From: Candidatus Woesearchaeota archaeon
GTDB lineage: Archaea; Nanobdellota; Nanobdellia; Woesearchaeales; ARS49
DNA: 64,000 nucleotides
Direction: 5' to 3'
Assembly (NCBI GenBank): GCA_016188265.1
Contig: JACPID010000021.1
Coordinates: 15,051 to 79,050, forward strand
Each line of letters begins with the position of its first letter. Position 1 is the stretch's first letter. A program made the position numbers and the translations under genes. This document shows, piece by piece, positions 57,903-64,000 of this stretch. The notes beneath the pieces were generated by a model. The model did no database searches, was not told the origin of the DNA, and was given only the letters and a program-made list of their open reading frames with translations.

Positions 57903-57976
57903 AGAGCGTGTATCACCACATAATTAGTATAATCATGTGGTGTTTTTTTTTTAAGTTTGCTTGTATAACACGCTCT
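57903..57976 (-). promoter_or_regulatory. Structured 5' leader with nested stems burying an SD-like GGTGAT
   Basis: AGAGCGTGT/ACACGCTCT and CACCACAT/ATGTGGTG IRs ending 2 nt before the ATG. Confidence 0.5.
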
Positions 57977-58128
57977 CAGCAACAACACCCCACGAATTTT
58001 TTACCAATAAGCCATTTAGACTATTGGTTATATTCTTTAGTGTGGAAACGCTTATATATAGATTAACCATATAATATATATAGCATATAATAGGAAGATG
58101 CAGAAAGCACCTTTCTCTGAAAATAAAA

Positions 58129-59073
58129 ATGGTAGAGTTCAGAAAACTGATAAGTTTTGGAAAAAGCTCTTTTGTTATTTCTGTGCCAAAAAATTGGATT
58201 GGAAAAAACCAACTTGAAAAGGGGGATATAGTTTATATTGAAGAACACGGGCATAATCTCATAATTAGTTCTAGAGAAAAAGAAAGTTCAAAGCCTGAAA
58301 AAAAGATTTCAATTACTACAGATGGAAAAGAAATTGGCTTATTAAAAGCAGAAATAGTTTCTGCATACCTTGGAAATTGTGATTTAATTGAAATCAAAGG
58401 GCAGGATCTTGCAAAAAAAGCAACATTCATGAAAGATATTTTGCAAAATCTTCCAGGAGTTGAATTACTAGAACAAAGCAGTACACGTATTTTAACAAAA
58501 GATATTCTTGATATAAAAGAGATATCAATTGATAGCTTAATTAGAAGAATTGATATAATAACAAGAAGCATGTTAGAGGATGCAACAACATTCCCTCATG
58601 AAGATTTTCACGAGAGTGTTTATCAAAGAGATGTTGAGGTTAACCGGCTTGTTCTGCTTGCAAAAAGAGTTTTGCGTTCTGCAGTACTAGATAATAATAT
58701 TGCACGTTCTCTTGGTTTGGACACTTTTTCATTATTTCAGCAATGGCAATTAGTAACTTGCCTTGAACTTGCTGCCGACGAGATTAAGCGTGTATCACGA
58801 TTATTTAAAGAGTTGCATGTTAAAGAAATAGAAATTAAGCCCTTTGAAAAACTTAATGAAATGATGAAAGAAGCTTATTTGGAAGTTATGAAAGCATATC
58901 ATACAAAAGATTCTAATTTAGCATATACTATTGAACTTTCATCAAAAAAAAGAATGAAGCTTCTTCAAACAATTATTAAAAAAAATAAAAATAACAGTGT
59001 TATAAGATTACTTTACCACATGAGATGTTTCAACGGAATTATTAGAGATGTAGGCAGAGTGATAATGAATTGA
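58129..59073 (+). CDS. AbrB-PhoU phosphate uptake regulator
   Basis: RKLISFGKSSFVISVPKNW; PhoU repeats RDVEVNRL, LELAAD. Confidence 0.88.
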   Translation: MVEFRKLISFGKSSFVISVPKNWIGKNQLEKGDIVYIEEHGHNLIISSREKESSKPEKKISITTDGKEIGLLKAEIVSAYLGNCDLIEIKGQDLAKKATFMKDILQNLPGVELLEQSSTRILTKDILDIKEISIDSLIRRIDIITRSMLEDATTFPHEDFHESVYQRDVEVNRLVLLAKRVLRSAVLDNNIARSLGLDTFSLFQQWQLVTCLELAADEIKRVSRLFKELHVKEIEIKPFEKLNEMMKEAYLEVMKAYHTKDSNLAYTIELSSKKRMKLLQTIIKKNKNNSVIRLLYHMRCFNGIIRDVGRVIMN

Positions 59074-59121
59074 GTAAAGTTTAAATAATAGCTTAATTTT
59101 AAAACAATTATTTGTAAAGAG

Positions 59122-59715
59122 GTGAATTCAATGAAAAAAACAATTCTCATTTTTATTTCAGTTTTTCTTTTAATTTTAGCAGCATGCGCTAAAGCACCAA
59201 AGGATTGTGGTAATGATGCGCAATGCATTGAAGAATCTATTCTTAAAGGAGAAATGGCAACAGCTACATTAACAGAAGAAAGCAAGCAAACTGGCGCAAG
59301 CCAAGGAACTATGACTGTGCTTGTTAAATCTGAAGGATTGCAAGAAGGAAAACATGTAGTATATCAAGAAATACAAAATGTTAATGTTCAATTACCACAG
59401 CCAGAAGCTCTTCCAGAAAGCGCAACTGAAGGAGAGAAAAAGCAGCAGGAACTTCTTAACTCAGTTATGAAAGAAATGGGCGCTCTTGTTCAAAAAATGC
59501 AAGGAACCTGGGTAAGATGCAGATTAACGCCAGAATCATTAAAATCAGGTATTGAGCAAGCATTAAATGATGCAATGGAGCAAAGTCTTGATCCAACAAC
59601 ATTAAAACCAGTTGCAAATTCAGCATGTGAAGGAACATTCTTAACTGTAATGGCAGATATGTTAAGAGCAGTTCAGAACTTATTGCAACAAGCACTTGCA
59701 CCATTAGCAAATTAA
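59122..59715 (+). CDS. Hypothetical lipoprotein
   Basis: LAAC lipobox; DCGNDAQC. Confidence 0.65.
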   Translation: MNSMKKTILIFISVFLLILAACAKAPKDCGNDAQCIEESILKGEMATATLTEESKQTGASQGTMTVLVKSEGLQEGKHVVYQEIQNVNVQLPQPEALPESATEGEKKQQELLNSVMKEMGALVQKMQGTWVRCRLTPESLKSGIEQALNDAMEQSLDPTTLKPVANSACEGTFLTVMADMLRAVQNLLQQALAPLAN

Positions 59716-59725
59716 AAAAAAAAAG

Positions 59726-60070
59726 TTGTTGGGTGTGAATAAGCTTCCTTTTGTCAGCTCCCGAAAACACTGATTATATTGCAACAGTGTTTCCCAGTTT
59801 CCTGGGAATGGACGAGCTGTCTTCGCATTCGACTAAGCGTCTTAAAGACTTGCACTGGCTAGGATTAGTCCGTTTCACCAACAGGTCAAGAAACGTCTGC
59901 TGTGTTTTTGCTGTCGCCAGCATAGGTCAGCTTTCATTCTGCTCTTGATGTGTTTGTTTCTGTGACAGAGCCCTCCATTACTGAAGCTCGTCTTGCAACG
60001 AGTAGCCTTTTAATAGTGGGAAGACTTTCCTCAGGCATTAAATGTCCGCAGCGAAGTACGCACCCAACAA
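59726..60070 (-). ncRNA. rnpB: RNase P RNA (archaeal)
   Basis: P1 TTGTTGGGTG/CACCCAACAA; conserved GAGGAAAGTC, ACAGAAAC, TGAAACG, TGCAAG, ACAAAAGGAAGCTTA on the minus strand. Confidence 0.9.
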
Positions 60071-60256
60071 AACAATTTATAATTATCTTGTTTTTAAAGC
60101 TTTTGTTTTTTTATATTTATCTCTGCGAAATATTTATAAATACATCCCTATTCAACGACAATTAAGGGCGAGAATGGGAGAGCTAACTTTCTATCACTGA
60201 CTAACAAGTTAATGAATAGATGTGACTCTTTTGTTAATCGCAAAACATGATGATAT

Positions 60257-60377
60257 GCCCTGGTAGTGTAGCGGCCTATCATGAAGCCCTGTCGAGGTTT
60301 AACCTCAGATAGGCTTCGACCCGGGTTCGAATTGGTCTGTAGTATTACTACAAATCAAGAAGGTCCCGGCCAGGGCG
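60257..60377 (+). tRNA. trnD: tRNA-Asp(GTC) with two introns (37/38: 60295-60310; 59/60: 60332-60363)
   Basis: GCCCTGG/CCAGGGC acceptor; AAGCC/GGCTT anticodon stem; both introns fold into relaxed BHB motifs. Confidence 0.9.
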
Positions 60378-60387
60378 TTAAAAGAAA

Positions 60388-60485
60388 GGGCCGGTAGCTT
60401 AGCCTGGTAGAGCACCTGACTTTTAATCAGGTGGTCGCGAGTTCGAAACAGTTTACAAAAAACTGTGAATGTCTCGTCCGGCCCG
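60388..60485 (+). tRNA. trnK: tRNA-Lys(TTT) with 24-nt T-loop intron (59/60: 60448-60471)
   Basis: GGGCCGG/CCGGCCC; CCTGA/TCAGG; BHB with central helix TTCG/TGAA. Confidence 0.92.
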
Positions 60486-60511
60486 TCCCTTTCCAAAATC
60501 TCAAGTACCAA

Positions 60512-60748
60512 ATGTCAAAAATCGACATCACCCAACATGTGCTTGTTCCAAAGCACAGTAAAGTATCAGAAAAAGAAAAGAAAGAACTTCTTCAAAAGTA
60601 TAGTTTAACCCTTAAAGAACTTCCAAAAATATTGAGTAATGATACAGCACTAAAATCCCTCGACGTCCAAGAAGGGGATGTTGTTAAAATTGAAAGAAAC
60701 AGTTTAACTGCAGGAAAATCTATTTTTTACAGGAGGGTTGCTTTATGA
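60512..60748 (+). CDS. rpoH: RNA polymerase subunit Rpo5 (H)
   Basis: HVLVPKH, LPKI, GDVVKIER.S.TAG...YR; track start 60431 lies inside tRNA-Lys. Confidence 0.95.
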   Translation: MSKIDITQHVLVPKHSKVSEKEKKELLQKYSLTLKELPKILSNDTALKSLDVQEGDVVKIERNSLTAGKSIFYRRVAL

Positions 60749-62232
60749 TTAATTATCAGCATCTTTTAATTAAAAAATTTTTTGATAAAAATAATTTTGT
60801 TCTTTCAGATATTGAATCTTTTAATTATTTTATTGATCATGAAATGCAAAAGATAGTTGATGAAAATAAGGATGTTGAACCAACAATTATTCCTCCTGAA
60901 GTAGAAAGCTTCAAAATAAGGTTAGATAATATTTGGATAACAAAACCTGAAATAACTGAAGCTGATGGAAGCAAACGCGCGATTTATCCTATTGAAGCCA
61001 GGCTTAGAAATTTAAGTTATTCTTCTCCGATTTTTATGGAAATAAGTTCACATATTAATGATGTTCAGCGTGAAAGTTTTACAACACAAATTGGAAACAT
61101 GCCAATAATGTTGCACAGCAAATACTGTCATTTAAATAAATTAAATAAAGAGCAACTTATTGAAAAAGGCGAAGATCCTTATGATCAAGGAGGATACTTT
61201 ATTATTAATGGAACAGAACGTGTTTTAGTTAAAATAGAAGATCTTGCATCTAATTCTATTCTTGTTGAACGTACTTCAACAGGACCAAGTAAGTATGTTG
61301 GAAAAATGTTCTCAGAACAAGGCCCTTTTAAAATTCCACATACATTTGAAAGATTAAAAGACGGTATTTTCTATTTGAGTTTCACAAGAGTTAAGCGAGT
61401 ACCGATAATTTTAGTTCTCAAAGCATTAGGCCTGCTTAAAGATGAAGAAATAATGCAAGTCATATCAAAAGAAAAACAATATGATGAAGTTTTGATTAAC
61501 TTGTTTGAATTTGTAGGTATTAAAAATGCAGATGATGCTCAAGATTTTTTAGCAAGAAAAATAGGAATAACTCAAACAAGAGAAATAAGATTGCAAAGAA
61601 TGCAAGAGCTTCTTGATAAATTCTTACTTCCGCATGTTGGAACAACAAGAGAAGATCGTATTTTCAAAGCATACAACATTTGTAAATTGTTAAAAAAATA
61701 TATTGCAGTAAGCCAAGGTGAAAGTAGAGTTGATGATAAAGATCACTACATGAATAAAAGAATTAAAATGAGCGGAGATTTACTTGGCGACTTATTTAGA
61801 ATGAATCTTAAAGTACTTATTGGCGACTTGCTTTATAATTTCCAGCGTATTGTTAAAAGAGGAAAATTTCCGAGCATTCGTGTTATAATTCGCGATAAAT
61901 TACTAACATCAAGAATTTATAGTTCAATGGCCACAGGAAATTGGGTTGGTGGCCGTAAAGGAATTTCTCAAAGAATACAAAGGCATAATTATCTTGATAC
62001 ATTAAGCCACTTGCAGCGTGTTGCAAGCCCTTTATCAAATACTCAAGAAAACTTTGGTGCAAGAGAATTACACCCAACTCATTTAGGAAGATTGTGCCCT
62101 AGTGAAACACCTGAAGGAACAAATATTGGCTTAAAGAAAAATTTTGCACTGCTGACAAGTGTAACAAGCGAGATTCCTGAACAAGAAGTTTTAAAATTAT
62201 TAACAAGCTCTGGATTGAAAAGCATTCGTTAA
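60745..62232 (+). CDS. rpoB2: RNA polymerase subunit Rpo2 N-terminal part (B'')
   Basis: EARLRNLSY, GGYFIINGTERV, RLCPSETPEG.NIGL. Confidence 0.95.
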   Translation: MINYQHLLIKKFFDKNNFVLSDIESFNYFIDHEMQKIVDENKDVEPTIIPPEVESFKIRLDNIWITKPEITEADGSKRAIYPIEARLRNLSYSSPIFMEISSHINDVQRESFTTQIGNMPIMLHSKYCHLNKLNKEQLIEKGEDPYDQGGYFIINGTERVLVKIEDLASNSILVERTSTGPSKYVGKMFSEQGPFKIPHTFERLKDGIFYLSFTRVKRVPIILVLKALGLLKDEEIMQVISKEKQYDEVLINLFEFVGIKNADDAQDFLARKIGITQTREIRLQRMQELLDKFLLPHVGTTREDRIFKAYNICKLLKKYIAVSQGESRVDDKDHYMNKRIKMSGDLLGDLFRMNLKVLIGDLLYNFQRIVKRGKFPSIRVIIRDKLLTSRIYSSMATGNWVGGRKGISQRIQRHNYLDTLSHLQRVASPLSNTQENFGARELHPTHLGRLCPSETPEGTNIGLKKNFALLTSVTSEIPEQEVLKLLTSSGLKSIR

Positions 62233-62240
62233 TTGAAAAA

Positions 62241-64000
62241 ATGGCAACAACAGAAGTATACTTAAATGGAAAATATACAGGAGATATTGAAAATAAAGAA
62301 GAGTTTATTGCTGCAATAAAAAGCGAACGTTTTAAAGAACCCTTTGCAGGACGCCTTAACATTTATTATAATGAAGAATTAAACAGAGTTTTTGTTGAAT
62401 CTTCGAGGGGCAGAGCAACCCGTCCATTAATTGTTGTAAAAAATGGCATTCCATTGCTGACAGAGAGGCATATCAAACAACTTCATAAAAATGAATTATC
62501 TTGGACTGATCTTGTTCAACAAGGAATTATAGAATATCTTGACACAGCTGAAGAAGAAACTGCATTAGTTGCTTTTACTGAGCGTGAAATCACTCCTGAC
62601 CATACTCATTTAGAAATTTCTCCACTAGCCATGCTTGGATTAATTTCCGCACTTGTTCCTTATGGTAATTTTACACAATCTTCTAGATTAAGCATTGGTG
62701 CAAAAAACCAAAAACAATCAATAGGATTGTATACTACAAATTATCATGTCCGTATGGATATGGATGTGAACTCATTGCATACTCCTCAAAAACCAATTGT
62801 TAAAACAGTAATGCATGACTTGGCAGATTATGATAAACATCCTGCAGGACAAAATATTGTTGTTGCAGTTATGAATTATAAAGGATACAATATGGAAGAC
62901 GCTATTATTCTGAATAAAGGAAGCATTGAACGTGGATTTGGAAGATCAACATATTTCCGTCCTGCGATTGCTGAAGAATTAAGATATTCTGGTGGTTTAA
63001 TGGATCAAATTTGCATTCCAGATAAAGATATTAAAGGGTATAAAAGTGAGAAAGATTACAAATTACTTGAAGGTGATGGAATTGTTTATCCTGAAGCACA
63101 AGTAAGTGAAGATAATGTTGTAATTGGAAAAACAAGCCCTCCTCGTTTCTTAAGTTCTCTTGACGAGTATAGTTTGGCTAGCAATATAAGAAGAGAGAGT
63201 AGTATGGCTTTAAAACATGGTGAACAAGGAGTTGTTGATTTTGTTGTAATTACAGAAAATGAAGAAGGAAACAAACTTGTACAAGTTAGAATTCGTGATC
63301 AAAGAATTCCTGAAGTAGGTGATAAATTTACTTCAAGACATAGCCAAAAAGGAGTTATTGGATTTATTTTCCCTGAAAGCGATCTGCCATTTACATCTAG
63401 AGGGATTGTTCCTGATTTAATATTTAGTCCTCATAGTGTTCCGAGTCGTATGACTATTTCACACTTACTTGAATTAATAGGCGCAAAAACAGGTTCTCTT
63501 GCAGGAAGGCATGTTAATGGAACAACTTTTGATTCAGAACCTGAAGAAAAATTAAGAAAAGAATTGCTTGAATTAGGATTTAGAGATGATGGAACTGAAA
63601 TAATGTACAATGGATTAACAGGCGAACGCTTCCATGCACGAATATTTGTTGGAAACATGTATTATCTCAAACTCAAACATATGGTAGCAAATAAAATACA
63701 TTCACGTGCTCGCGGCCCAATCCAGCTTTTAACACGCCAGCCAACAGAGGGACGTGCTAAAGAAGGAGGGCTGCGCCTTGGAGAAATGGAAAAAGATACA
63801 TTTGTTGCACATGGTGCATCACTTTTGCTTAAAGAAAGATTTGACAGCGACAAAACAGCAATACCTGTTTGTGAATCATGCGGATTAACTGCAATTCAAG
63901 ATGCATTAAAAGATAAACGTTTCTGTCCAGTTTGTGGAGACTCAGTTGAGATAAGTGATATTGAAGTAAGTTATGCTTTTAAACTCATTCTTGATGAGTT
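62241..64000 (+). CDS. rpoB1: RNA polymerase subunit Rpo2 C-terminal part (B'), runs off window end
   Basis: ATG at 62241; GYNMEDA, GDKFTSRHSQKG, KLKHMV.NKIHSR, GGLRLGEMEKD, Zn Cys pairs. Confidence 0.95.
   Translation, partial: MATTEVYLNGKYTGDIENKEEFIAAIKSERFKEPFAGRLNIYYNEELNRVFVESSRGRATRPLIVVKNGIPLLTERHIKQLHKNELSWTDLVQQGIIEYLDTAEEETALVAFTEREITPDHTHLEISPLAMLGLISALVPYGNFTQSSRLSIGAKNQKQSIGLYTTNYHVRMDMDVNSLHTPQKPIVKTVMHDLADYDKHPAGQNIVVAVMNYKGYNMEDAIILNKGSIERGFGRSTYFRPAIAEELRYSGGLMDQICIPDKDIKGYKSEKDYKLLEGDGIVYPEAQVSEDNVVIGKTSPPRFLSSLDEYSLASNIRRESSMALKHGEQGVVDFVVITENEEGNKLVQVRIRDQRIPEVGDKFTSRHSQKGVIGFIFPESDLPFTSRGIVPDLIFSPHSVPSRMTISHLLELIGAKTGSLAGRHVNGTTFDSEPEEKLRKELLELGFRDDGTEIMYNGLTGERFHARIFVGNMYYLKLKHMVANKIHSRARGPIQLLTRQPTEGRAKEGGLRLGEMEKDTFVAHGASLLLKERFDSDKTAIPVCESCGLTAIQDALKDKRFCPVCGDSVEISDIEVSYAFKLILDE

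Noticed and set aside
59751-60511. Track ORFs 59751-59948, 59950-60165, 60305-60511 and the rpoH extension from 60431
   Set aside because: They overlap RNase P RNA and tRNA genes and are spurious
1239-63853. Numerous short antisense ORFs in the track inside housekeeping genes (e.g. 1239-1532, 21304-21612, 31738-32016, 54560-55000, 63086-63853)
   Set aside because: Fully nested opposite well-supported genes, with shadow-frame composition
60745-64000. Split rpoB as frameshift or pseudogene
   Set aside because: The B''/B' split is an established feature of many archaea; clean stop and restart

Overview
AT-rich archaeal chromosome segment, most consistent with a DPANN lineage (Woesearchaeota/Nanobdellota-like). 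That assignment is an inference from gene content: rpl21e-rpoF-DUF655, GINS, class I CCA enzyme, archaeal TIM, NurA, rpoH plus split rpoB, BHB-intron tRNAs, archaeal RNase P RNA and class III signal-peptide proteins. Housekeeping genes (polX, ppsA, grpE-dnaK-dnaJ, thrS, hisS, iscS, rpoH/B) are interspersed with five toxin-antitoxin modules, Cys-rich surface proteins and a VKOR/DsbA/Trx cluster. Main unexplained signals: (1) a family of modular ~40-45 bp hairpin repeats ending in (CAA)CTAG, present in full, deleted and chimeric versions beside TA modules and a foreign-looking gene, suggesting a cassette-like mobility system; (2) two further hairpin-element families, one resembling IS200/IS605 ends and one carrying a nested insertion, plus a 36-bp duplication around a hairpin insert and a tyrosine-recombinase relic; (3) a 7.4-kb co-oriented cluster with a structured leader, encoding a PD-(D/E)xK nuclease, a dead+active tandem metallophosphoesterase/coiled-coil protein, an AAA+ ATPase, two small proteins, two trypsin-like proteases and a TPR protein; (4) T-loop (59/60) tRNA introns and a reduced C/D-like tRNA-Trp intron; (5) several unannotated microproteins and catalytically altered enzymes (IscS in-frame deletion, EndoV Asp to Asn). 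All calls are by eye from motifs; no database searches were run.
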